The position numbers and the translations under genes were made by a program. This document shows, piece after piece, positions 56,637-64,000 of a DNA stretch of 64,000 nucleotides. Under the pieces are notes generated by a model. The model saw nothing but the letters and a program-made list of their open reading frames with translations. It did not search any database and was not told where the DNA came from. The stretch comes from Shigella phage Moonfish: sequence record PQ613263. The stretch is one strand, 5' to 3'. The first letter of the stretch is position 1. Each line of letters opens with the position of its first letter.

Positions 56637-57017
56637 CTAAAAGGTTCCCCAGTAGATATAGTCATCTCCCAGGATAGGTTTCCAGGCTTCGTCAAACATG
56701 ACGTTGCCTGTAGCATTTGCAAACATAGGGGCAATGTCCTTGTCTTCATAACCAGCCAGTCCACAACCAATGCGTGTTACTTTAAAGTCCCACTCTGGGT
56801 GTGCTGCTGCATACAGGATGAATGCTGCTACAAATTTCTCAATATCCTCTAAGGACATAGTCTTGATTGACTGGTTTTTGGTTGGGATTGCATAGCTGCA
56901 ACCATAATGGCCTACGCCCATACCCCAACGAGCACCGTGCTTCTTATATGCAACTTTCGCTGCACCAGCACCGTGACGGCCTGCTAAATTACTACCGAAT
57001 ACTAATATCTCTTTCAT
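56637..57017 (-). CDS. Hypothetical protein (Gly-rich nucleotide-binding-like motifs)
   Basis: 126 aa; VFGSNLAGRHGAGAAK and IGCGLAG. Confidence 0.3.
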   Translation of the reverse strand: MKEILVFGSNLAGRHGAGAAKVAYKKHGARWGMGVGHYGCSYAIPTKNQSIKTMSLEDIEKFVAAFILYAAAHPEWDFKVTRIGCGLAGYEDKDIAPMFANATGNVMFDEAWKPILGDDYIYWGTF

Positions 57018-57021
57018 GCTA

Positions 57022-57342
57022 TTAATCCTTTGGTTTAAGAACTTGGAATGCGAACACAGGACGTTTACTACGCCACTGGTTCATAGCTAGTTCACTAGCA
57101 GGAGAGCCATCATGTAAGTCATATATGAATGTAATCATATACTCTGGTTCCTCTGGGAAGTTCTCTGTAGAGAACGGTAGACCTGCTTCTTTTAATACAG
57201 GAACCAGTGGTGATTCAGCTGCACAATAAATAATGAACTTTTCGCTGAATGCTTTACTGGTCTGAGATACGTAATCAATATTACGCATCATCTTATCGAC
57301 ATCAGTAAATGTATTATCATGTACTACTACGATGTTATTCAC
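57022..57342 (-). CDS. Hypothetical protein
   Basis: 106-aa ORF. Confidence 0.3.
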   Translation of the reverse strand: MNNIVVVHDNTFTDVDKMMRNIDYVSQTSKAFSEKFIIYCAAESPLVPVLKEAGLPFSTENFPEEPEYMITFIYDLHDGSPASELAMNQWRSKRPVFAFQVLKPKD

Positions 57343-57596
57343 TCTACTTTCTCCAGGGTTAGATATACTGTATTCATTTGAGGCACATAATCACAAAAAC
57401 CAATTTCCTCTTGTCTGCCACTAGACTTCCAAATACAGTTTTCAGTTAGTTTAGGCTTTCTACTAAATCCAATTAGTGAGGCATTCTTACTCTTCTGAGG
57501 ACGAGGTAATAAGGCTACATATTTAACCCATAATGGGACTTCAATAGTTTGTCCCATATAGTTAAATGATTTAGTTACAGGGAATGTAATAATCAC
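57339..57596 (-). CDS. Hypothetical protein
   Basis: 85-aa ORF. Confidence 0.3.
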   Translation of the reverse strand: MIITFPVTKSFNYMGQTIEVPLWVKYVALLPRPQKSKNASLIGFSRKPKLTENCIWKSSGRQEEIGFCDYVPQMNTVYLTLEKVE

Positions 57597-57956
57597 TTAG
57601 TACCTCACCACTATTACTTTCTTATTATTTAACCGAGTCATGATATCAATCATGTGTTTGGTTCCTTTTGACTTACCATCCCAGAATGCTACAAGAGTAT
57701 CTGCGAAATTAGCCATTTCAGTATTACGTACATAACCTGCACGCTTACCTAATCTGTCCCAGTCAGCAGGAAATTCATGTATTATCATCCCTGCCTCTTT
57801 CCAGAGATTATATGCTGTAATGTCTGCTCCTCTAGCCATACCACATACAAGTTCAGGTGAATCAGTTATTTCACCAGATTCTACTAGCTTCTGTAATTCA
57901 GCAATCATGCGATTAGTGTCAATGAAGTCACGTCCACCAGCTACAATTAGTCTCAT
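57597..57956 (-). CDS. SLOG-family protein (DUF2493/YspA-like)
   Basis: Motifs IVAGGRDF, CGMARGADI, FPADWDRLGKRAGYVRN, VAFWDGKSKGT. Confidence 0.5.
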   Translation of the reverse strand: MRLIVAGGRDFIDTNRMIAELQKLVESGEITDSPELVCGMARGADITAYNLWKEAGMIIHEFPADWDRLGKRAGYVRNTEMANFADTLVAFWDGKSKGTKHMIDIMTRLNNKKVIVVRY

Positions 57957-58174
57957 TTCTGATACCCCTGAATATAGTTAATACGGCGAATACGTTGAGT
58001 AGATGCCTTAACAGCCATCTGATGATTTTCTTCTTTGTGCTGATTTTCCAGCACCTTAGCCCATTCTTCCTGGTTCCGTTGTTTCTGTAATATACGACTA
58101 CAACGTTTATGATTGGCAACTCCACGTCCTTTCTTACAGACTGGGCATATACCATAATCGTTTGAGTACATCAT
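57953..58174 (-). CDS. Small zinc-ribbon protein
   Basis: 73 aa with CPVCKK...HKRC. Confidence 0.3.
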   Translation of the reverse strand: MMYSNDYGICPVCKKGRGVANHKRCSRILQKQRNQEEWAKVLENQHKEENHQMAVKASTQRIRRINYIQGYQK

Positions 58175-58479
58175 TGGCTTAAAGCCTCCATTAATATTTT
58201 ACGAATAACGTTAACATCAGATTCAGTACCAATTAAACCAACAGGTTTCTTTGTACTATCTGTGACAAAGGATGCAATCCTTTCCATCTCTGCTGTAATT
58301 AATTTGTCACCACTAATAAGACGATTACGAAGGTAAGCCTCATAAGCTACCTCTATATCTTCTACTGTGGTTCTTTCATTACGAGTGAATGGATTACTTA
58401 ATGGGAAGGGTAAATGTACCCGTATATTCCTGTCAGCTACCTTAGCTAAGTGAGGGAGTATACATACTATTTCATTCAA
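58171..58479 (-). CDS. Hypothetical protein
   Basis: 102-aa ORF. Confidence 0.3.
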   Translation of the reverse strand: MNEIVCILPHLAKVADRNIRVHLPFPLSNPFTRNERTTVEDIEVAYEAYLRNRLISGDKLITAEMERIASFVTDSTKKPVGLIGTESDVNVIRKILMEALSQ

Positions 58480-58520
58480 GATTCTTTCTCCTATTTAAAT
58501 ACATATCTAAACTATTCAAG

Positions 58521-58557
58521 AATAAAAAATAGGAGCCTCCTATTGGAGGACTCCTTA
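58521..58557 (-). terminator. Rho-independent terminator
   Basis: Hairpin aggagcctcc-tatt-ggaggactcct with A-run on +. Confidence 0.45.
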
Positions 58558-58848
58558 CTATTTGATACATGGGTGATTGAAGGTAACAATCTTACGTACT
58601 GGTTCAGATGTCTGTTGCTTAGCAGCCAGACGCCCTTTCATCTTTTGTACGTCAGCTTTGGTTCCCATGATTAATGACTTACGCATGTTTAGTACTCCAC
58701 ATAAAGTTATAAGGTTTACCGTTACGTACAATTCTTACAGCCATTTGATAACCATTGATTTGTACAACACCATAGTGTCTCTTTTGGTCACCAGTCTGGT
58801 TCCGTCTGAAGATACACTCTTCAATAGCATCATTGATATTAGTGAACA

Positions 58849-59037
58849 TCATTGGTTCCTCTTTGCAAACTCTTCTGCTTGTTGCTTGTAGTACTGAGTC
58901 ATTGCTTTCTTGTGTTTAACACTAGCAATGAGACACTCGATAGTAACGAATGGCAGCTTAGCAATAAGCAGCCACTTTTGACGTAACTTCCAGCCTAGAA
59001 AGTAGAAGATTACACAGAAAGCGATGAAGTCTAACAT
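58849..59037 (-). CDS. Small membrane protein
   Basis: 62 aa with TM segment. Confidence 0.3.
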   Translation of the reverse strand: MLDFIAFCVIFYFLGWKLRQKWLLIAKLPFVTIECLIASVKHKKAMTQYYKQQAEEFAKRNQ

Positions 59038-59139
59038 GGTTATTTCCTCTTCTAAGATAGCTCTAATGGGATAGGTTTTAATTTTAGACCCCCTTCGTCG
59101 AAAGAGGCGTAAAAGTTAAACTTAGCTTATCGCATAGTT

Positions 59140-59168
59140 AAAATAAAAGGACTCCCCGAAGGGAGTCC
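59140..59168 (-). terminator. Rho-independent terminator
   Basis: Hairpin ggactccc-cgaa-gggagtcc with preceding A-run on +. Confidence 0.55.
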
Positions 59169-59177
59169 AGTTGTTGA

Positions 59178-59564
59178 TTAGAAAGTCAGTTTACGAGCAT
59201 ATTTATTCTCATCGGCAGGAATAGATTCTTCCTGAGCCTTCACGCGTCTTAACTGAACTTGCAGGTTAATGATACCTTCTTCACCTGGTTCCAGGTTCTG
59301 AGCATATTCGATTAACTGTTCCAGCAAATCGTTCTGTGCACAACGCATAGCACGGAAGTCAGCATTGCTGCTATTAGTAGGCAGTGCTTCCTGAGTATCC
59401 AGTGGAATACCAGTAGGCAGAGAGATGAATTTCTCATCATCAGAGCCTTCATTAGCAACATAACCAATGTTCAGCCAGAACTGAGCCTTAGGCTTAGCAG
59501 CTTTAGTTTCAGCAGTGGTAGCAGCAACGTTAGATTGACCGAAAGTGAATTTTTGAATAGACAT
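59178..59564 (-). CDS. Early protein, unknown function (start at internal ATG with GGAGAG RBS)
   Basis: Track ORF 59178..59663; the ATG at about 59564 has an RBS; first gene downstream of a hairpin promoter. Confidence 0.35.
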   Translation of the reverse strand: MSIQKFTFGQSNVAATTAETKAAKPKAQFWLNIGYVANEGSDDEKFISLPTGIPLDTQEALPTNSSNADFRAMRCAQNDLLEQLIEYAQNLEPGEEGIINLQVQLRRVKAQEESIPADENKYARKLTF

Positions 59565-59674
59565 TTTGTACTCTCCAGATAAATGATTGTTTGATTGATG
59601 GGTTTGTCTGTCGGTGACTAAACCCAAGAAAAGACTTAGGATTTCAATGATTAGTGGATGCATTTACGTCCTCA

Positions 59675-59689
59675 AGCTGCGGAGCAGCT
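59675..59689 (-). promoter_or_regulatory. Hairpin promoter candidate (N4 vRNAP-type), core agctGCGGAGCagct
   Basis: Identical to the 56617 hairpin; intergenic. Confidence 0.55.
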
Positions 59690-59693
59690 ACTT

Positions 59694-59897
59694 TCAGACC
59701 GACTGCAATACTGACTTATCGTGAGGTAAGTCCTCAAGGGAGTTGAATACTTCTTCTGTGCTATCCAATCGGATACCAATGGATGGATCTTCAACCATTA
59801 CACAGTTGTAATCAGTTGATTCATTTACTTTTTGTAACTCAAATCCACCATGTACAAAGAACTTTTCACCATCTTTAACGTCAACAAATGTAGCCAT
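59694..59897 (-). CDS. Hypothetical early protein
   Basis: 67-aa ORF 34 nt downstream of a hairpin promoter. Confidence 0.3.
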   Translation of the reverse strand: MATFVDVKDGEKFFVHGGFELQKVNESTDYNCVMVEDPSIGIRLDSTEEVFNSLEDLPHDKSVLQSV

Positions 59898-59930
59898 TTT
59901 ATTACTCCAGTAGTTATAGGGATACCCAAT

Positions 59931-59945
59931 AGAAGCGGAGCTTCT
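59931..59945 (-). promoter_or_regulatory. Hairpin promoter candidate (N4 vRNAP-type), core agaaGCGGAGCttct
   Basis: 6-bp stem, GGA loop; intergenic. Confidence 0.55.
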
Positions 59946-59951
59946 TGGTTT

Positions 59952-60305
59952 TTAAGACAAGCGTTTAAGTAATTCTGCCTTAGCAGACTCATACTCTTGT
60001 TTAGCTTTAGTGAGGTCAATGGTTGACTCACCCCAGTGAAGGATATCTATTGTATAGGTTGTAAGAACATCGACTGCATCTTCGAAGCGAGCCAGTAGTT
60101 CTTCCTTATCAGGACCATCGAATTGTTCCCATTGCCATACATAACCGGATAACTTAACTGTTTCCCCTTTCTCAAAGTAAGGTTCTTCTCCAAATAGGAA
60201 AGTAGAATCTTCAGTTAATCGGATATGTTCTCCTTCCAATTCTCCTACGATAATTGTTCCAATAGGGATGTCAGAATTACCCCTGATACAACGGAATTTA
60301 GTCAT
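59952..60305 (-). CDS. Hypothetical early protein
   Basis: 117-aa ORF. Confidence 0.3.
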   Translation of the reverse strand: MTKFRCIRGNSDIPIGTIIVGELEGEHIRLTEDSTFLFGEEPYFEKGETVKLSGYVWQWEQFDGPDKEELLARFEDAVDVLTTYTIDILHWGESTIDLTKAKQEYESAKAELLKRLS

Positions 60306-60361
60306 GATTTTCTATCCTAGAAGTAGATAGTTATCTACTTAGTCTATCTATCTAATGTTTA

Positions 60362-60388
60362 TAAAAGGAGACTCCGAAGAGCCTCCAT
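60362..60388 (-). terminator. Weak terminator-like hairpin
   Basis: Imperfect hairpin ggagactc-cgaa-gagcctcc with A-run on +. Confidence 0.3.
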
Positions 60389-60398
60389 ATTTGATTTA

Positions 60399-60719
60399 CT
60401 ATTTAGTCAGGATGTCGATTACTTTTGAATATTCTGCGTTATAGATACGAGCGTTCTCTGAATCTTTGCAGAATTCTTCGATACTTTTCTTACGCATAGT
60501 CTCGTTCATAGCTGTTTCTTCAGCTAATTTGTTTACGAATGTATGCATTTCTAATTTAGTACGGATGGCTTGTTTCTCTGCCATAGTAGATACATATGAA
60601 TTAAGCATACCTACTGCTTTAGTAGCTGTGCCGAATGTATCTGCAACAGTAGTAGCAGCTGAGTTAACAGTACCCAGTAAAGTTCCTGCGGTCATACGTA
60701 CAGTAGCGGTAGTAGTCAT
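60399..60719 (-). CDS. Hypothetical early protein (coiled-coil)
   Basis: 106-aa ORF 43 nt downstream of a hairpin promoter. Confidence 0.3.
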   Translation of the reverse strand: MTTTATVRMTAGTLLGTVNSAATTVADTFGTATKAVGMLNSYVSTMAEKQAIRTKLEMHTFVNKLAEETAMNETMRKKSIEEFCKDSENARIYNAEYSKVIDILTK

Positions 60720-60761
60720 GATGATAGCTCCAATAGTTGATGATAGGACGACATGTCCATA

Positions 60762-60776
60762 ACATGCGGAGCATGT
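60762..60776 (-). promoter_or_regulatory. Hairpin promoter candidate (N4 vRNAP-type), core acatGCGGAGCatgt
   Basis: 6-bp stem, GGA loop; in a 267-nt intergenic region. Confidence 0.5.
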
Positions 60777-60986
60777 GTAACGTGTAAGGTGGGGTAGGGT
60801 AGTGGCTACAGGGTCAACATACCGGGGGGGATGGTTGAGTGTAAGGGTGTAGCCCCAGCCACACCACTAAAGCTGAACATAGCTATGATGAAATCCCTAA
60901 GAAAAAATATGAGAAGTACTTTCCCTATGCGACTACTGCTAGACATAGCTATCAACATTTTGACATGCAAAAATATCATAGCTATC

Positions 60987-61313
60987 TCACTTATAAGCAG
61001 CTAAATAGGAGGGAGCATACACCAGGAATATGGATTGAAGGGTATCGCTCGATGTGAAGGTAAGGGTGTACTTATCAGTGTTCACATGCCAGGGGGAATG
61101 TACATATGTAGACCAGGGTAATTCCTTTCCTGGTTCCTGAAGTTTTACAATAACTTTCCTGCCTAGTATTAGAGCCAGACCTTTCACTTCATGAAGGGTT
61201 TGCTCATCTGGTACTAGGATAATAGGAGTGAGTCTACCTGGTTCGAGGTCTTGTAAGGTTGTATGGGCAGTGGGATTGGGTCCACCAGCATAACCTATCT
61301 TAGTGAGTTTCAT
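60987..61313 (-). CDS. Small early protein, paralog family member A
   Basis: Shares IILVPDEQTLHEVKGL and SPWHVNTDKYTLTF with 62014..62298. Confidence 0.4.
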   Translation of the reverse strand: MKLTKIGYAGGPNPTAHTTLQDLEPGRLTPIILVPDEQTLHEVKGLALILGRKVIVKLQEPGKELPWSTYVHSPWHVNTDKYTLTFTSSDTLQSIFLVYAPSYLAAYK

Positions 61314-61316
61314 TTG

Positions 61317-61694
61317 TTATACCCCGTAATCTATCTTAACCAGTCTACCTTTGTAGTAACCAAAGTTCTTAGGGAAGGCATCATACTCAAAGAACTCTTT
61401 ACCGAGTGGCTGTGGTTCATTGGCTGCATCTAAGTATAGCTTCTCTAACTCTACCCAGAATAAACCAGTATGTTTCACAGGCTTAGCCCTGTGCATGATT
61501 AGAACCAGACCAAATCTATTAGAGTACTTGATTGGGCATAGGAACTTATTGTTGTAATCCTTCCACTGTCCTTCAGTTAGATTGCTTAACATACCTTGTA
61601 CGAAGTGTTTCCATGTAGAGAGGATAGGGAACTTAATTGCGTAATGACGAGTGAGTATTACCCATCTGGTTCCACCGGAGCGTATTAGTTTCAT
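61317..61694 (-). CDS. Hypothetical early protein
   Basis: 125-aa ORF. Confidence 0.3.
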   Translation of the reverse strand: MKLIRSGGTRWVILTRHYAIKFPILSTWKHFVQGMLSNLTEGQWKDYNNKFLCPIKYSNRFGLVLIMHRAKPVKHTGLFWVELEKLYLDAANEPQPLGKEFFEYDAFPKNFGYYKGRLVKIDYGV

Positions 61695-62017
61695 TTGGTA
61701 GCCTTGAATTGTGGTAACTGATTAAGAAGACTATCCATGTAGTAGCAGTATGCCTCGGAGGATTCGTCATTAATTGGAAGACCAATGAATCCAAAGGTAT
61801 AAATGCAGAAGTGATTAAGCTCATGAACCAAGGTTATCTTACTATCATCAAATATACCCATAAGCACAAAGTTGTCCGCTATGTAGCAGGTTTTTCCTTT
61901 AAGGGTTGTTTCCTTTTCTGGTTCAGTACCACGGTATGCTTTATGCTTCTTAGAGAATGTAGCCCAGTCATATACTACTTCTAACTGTACTGGATAGGGG
62001 GATGTGTTTAGTTTCAT
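61691..62017 (-). CDS. Hypothetical early protein
   Basis: 108-aa ORF. Confidence 0.3.
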   Translation of the reverse strand: MKLNTSPYPVQLEVVYDWATFSKKHKAYRGTEPEKETTLKGKTCYIADNFVLMGIFDDSKITLVHELNHFCIYTFGFIGLPINDESSEAYCYYMDSLLNQLPQFKATK

Positions 62018-62298
62018 TGTCTTTCCTTATAGATTAGGGTGTTATCCTCGAAGGATAGAATGTACTTGTCTGTATTGAGATACCAAGGACTGAAGCTCCC
62101 CTGCCAGGACATAGGTGCACTTGGTTCAAGTAGATGTACTTCTGCTTTCTTATTGTATAAGAAAAGTAATCCTTGTAGTTCATACAAGGACTGTTCGTCT
62201 GGAACCAGGATAAGTATATCAGCATCCATGCGAGCTACTTCTTTATGGTGGGAGCAAACATTTCCGAATTCTCCTGAATAATTTTTATAGATAACCAT
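62014..62298 (-). CDS. Small early protein, paralog family member B
   Basis: ILILVPDEQSLYELQGL and SPWYLNTDKYILSF. Confidence 0.4.
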   Translation of the reverse strand: MVIYKNYSGEFGNVCSHHKEVARMDADILILVPDEQSLYELQGLLFLYNKKAEVHLLEPSAPMSWQGSFSPWYLNTDKYILSFEDNTLIYKERQ

Positions 62299-62618
62299 TA
62301 GCAGCTCCCGTCGCTAGATAAATATGAGGTAGAAGGATAGAGGGTAATGAGTCTACCAGTAAGAGTAGTAGCTACCATAGGTTCGCTGGAGGAGTAGATG
62401 TATACCCTCTTACCTTCTGGTATCTCAATAGAGGTATCTATCTTAACAAAGTTAATAGGTACACCTAACATTAGACAAGAACCAATGAACTCATCTGCTT
62501 CCTCACTGGGTTCATAATAGACAGTGACACCATCCAGTTTACCTTCGAAGAAATCCCTCTTAGTTAGACCAGGCCATCTAATGTTAGAACTGTATGCAGC
62601 TAATGTGTAGAAGTGCAT
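62298..62618 (-). CDS. Small early protein, possible distant family member
   Basis: VTVYYEPSEEADEFIGSCLMLG resembles the family motif. Confidence 0.3.
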   Translation of the reverse strand: MHFYTLAAYSSNIRWPGLTKRDFFEGKLDGVTVYYEPSEEADEFIGSCLMLGVPINFVKIDTSIEIPEGKRVYIYSSSEPMVATTLTGRLITLYPSTSYLSSDGSC

Positions 62619-62621
62619 AGC

Positions 62622-62936
62622 TTACTTCCTTACATAGTAATAACGGTATTCGTCATTCTCATAACGACTAACCCATTGGTAGTCATCAGACACCAACATA
62701 TATGGGATAGGGTCACCTGCACTGTAGTCGGTATAGACAGAAGGAGGAACAATGCATACAACCTTACGGGCATTACCTGCTAAGAAGAGTTGACCCCTTA
62801 CTTCGTGATAATCTTCTAAAGTAGGAACCAGGATTACTTGGTGAGGATTACTGTTCATGACTTCTTCTAAAGTGAAGTCAGTTGTGTACAGTAACTTCTC
62901 TTTAGTAAAACTGAGGACGGTCATTATGAATTTCAT
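62622..62936 (-). CDS. Small early protein, paralog family member C
   Basis: VILVPTLEDYHEVRGQLFL. Confidence 0.35.
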   Translation of the reverse strand: MKFIMTVLSFTKEKLLYTTDFTLEEVMNSNPHQVILVPTLEDYHEVRGQLFLAGNARKVVCIVPPSVYTDYSAGDPIPYMLVSDDYQWVSRYENDEYRYYYVRK

Positions 62937-63300
62937 GATGGATTCTCCTTCCTTTGGGAAGAGGTCTGAAGTAAATGGAAAGTGTTTTATTAAATACGTT
63001 ATGGTCAGCTATCAATTCCCAACCATCAATCTTATAGAAGCGTACACCGGGAAAGAATGTAGTGAAGTCACTATACTTAGTGAGGTCATACACCCTTGGT
63101 TCAGTAAGTATCTCGGTATTGAGTTGCAGGTTGGATAAGAAAAAAGAACCAATAACTTCATGGGACTCTTCACAATCAGGTAAGAAGACTTGCTGCCATG
63201 GAGCAATGAACTTACTTACTGCTTCTGGTTCTCCTAAGAGATAAGGCTCCTGCCCTCGTAGTACTCCGGTAATATCAAAATCAAAACAGTAGATGCTCAT
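62902..63300 (-). CDS. Small early protein, paralog family member D
   Basis: VFLPDCEESHEVIGSFFL; start may be internal because the ORF overlaps its neighbour. Confidence 0.35.
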   Translation of the reverse strand: MSIYCFDFDITGVLRGQEPYLLGEPEAVSKFIAPWQQVFLPDCEESHEVIGSFFLSNLQLNTEILTEPRVYDLTKYSDFTTFFPGVRFYKIDGWELIADHNVFNKTLSIYFRPLPKGRRIHHEIHNDRPQFY

Positions 63301-63315
63301 AATTGCATACCTCCA

Positions 63316-63352
63316 GAAAAAGAAATGGGGTAGAGCCTCTCGACTCTACCCC
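63316..63352 (-). terminator. Terminator-like hairpin
   Basis: 9-bp stem ggggtagag...ctctacccc preceded on + by an A-rich run. Confidence 0.4.
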
Positions 63353-63501
63353 TTACCGTTTTCAATCACGGGTCAGTTCATCCCCCTAGGTACTTATGTA
63401 CCATTAGACCTACGGAGTAGGAAAGGAGCCGGGGAACCCTGACTGTAGAAGTTATTAACTCTTTACGAGTACCGCCACTGTCTACTAGGCGGTATGACTA
63501 A

Positions 63502-63792
63502 TCACATCATCTCCGTCATCCGAACGCTATCTTTGCTTCGTTTGATGGAGACACTATGAGGTAATTTTGTGAAGAACACAATAGCAGAAATAGCTTTTTC
63601 TAAAGAGTAACTTTTTGCAGGTTCTTTGACGGTAACCCCTGAAACGTTTTCAAGGAGGAGTATACCGGACAACTCGTGGTATTCCTGCTCGGTCGTGGTA
63701 ATGATGATATCTCCTGGCAGGAACCCAGCCTTCTTGTGGTCAAGTTCTACATATCCGTCAAAGGTATCATCGCTTTTGGTAAATAGTCTCAA
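63502..63792 (-). CDS. Small early protein, paralog family member E
   Basis: IIITTTEQEYHELSGILLL. Confidence 0.35.
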   Translation of the reverse strand: MRLFTKSDDTFDGYVELDHKKAGFLPGDIIITTTEQEYHELSGILLLENVSGVTVKEPAKSYSLEKAISAIVFFTKLPHSVSIKRSKDSVRMTEMM

Positions 63793-64000
63793 GGTAGTAC
63801 TCCTTGGGGAATAAGGTCATCGGAACATTACATACTATTTAGTATCATGAACTTTTTCTATATCATGACTAAAGTGTAACTGTATGGTATGGTTTCTTCA
63901 AGGGGTATCTCACCCCAAGAAAAGAATCTTCGTTAATAGACATAACTTTGTAGAGAGATAAGTATGAGTGAGCTAACTAAGCAGCAGATCATTAATGCCT

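Noticed and set aside
61691-62017. HELNH in a 108-aa early protein as a possible zinc-metalloprotease motif
   Set aside because: An isolated HExxH in a small protein with no other metalloprotease features is likely chance.
1-64000. Prophage or integrative element (integrase, repressor, att sites)
   Set aside because: No tyrosine or serine recombinase or CI-like repressor was recognised. The gene content and order are those of a strictly lytic N4-like phage.

Overview
This window reads as most of the genome of an N4-like lytic podophage (Schitoviridae-type). Bases 1-25002 carry the late module on the + strand: a lysis cassette (candidate holin, GH108 SAR endolysin, embedded Rz/Rz1 spanins), portal, major capsid protein, internal virion proteins, and a giant 3456-aa virion RNA polymerase gene. 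A bidirectional terminator at about 25.0 kb separates it from everything else, which is on the - strand. A 1.1-kb non-coding stretch (26.6-27.75 kb) holds one well-folded tRNA and several tRNA-like T-arm motifs I could not fold. The - strand block 28-56.6 kb is the replication/middle module: SSB, RuvC-like resolvase, primase, split family-A DNA polymerase, SF1 helicase, rIIA/rIIB-like, ThyX, dCTP deaminase, MoxR-AAA plus VWA pair, and a T7-like two-subunit RNA polymerase II. The right end (56.6-64 kb) is the early region, with four near-identical hairpin promoters and a tandem family of small paralogous proteins. The most unusual features are four homing-endonuclease-like ORFs, two of which interrupt the DNA polymerase and RNA polymerase II genes exactly at catalytic motifs (probable group I introns), a perfect in-frame 99-bp tandem duplication inside the rIIA-like gene, and a DUF2829 (Tad2-like) candidate anti-defence protein. 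No integrase, repressor, CRISPR array or rRNA was found. All calls rest on motif recognition by eye; coordinates derived by hand (hairpins, repeats, small ORFs, tRNAs) may be off by 1-2 nt.
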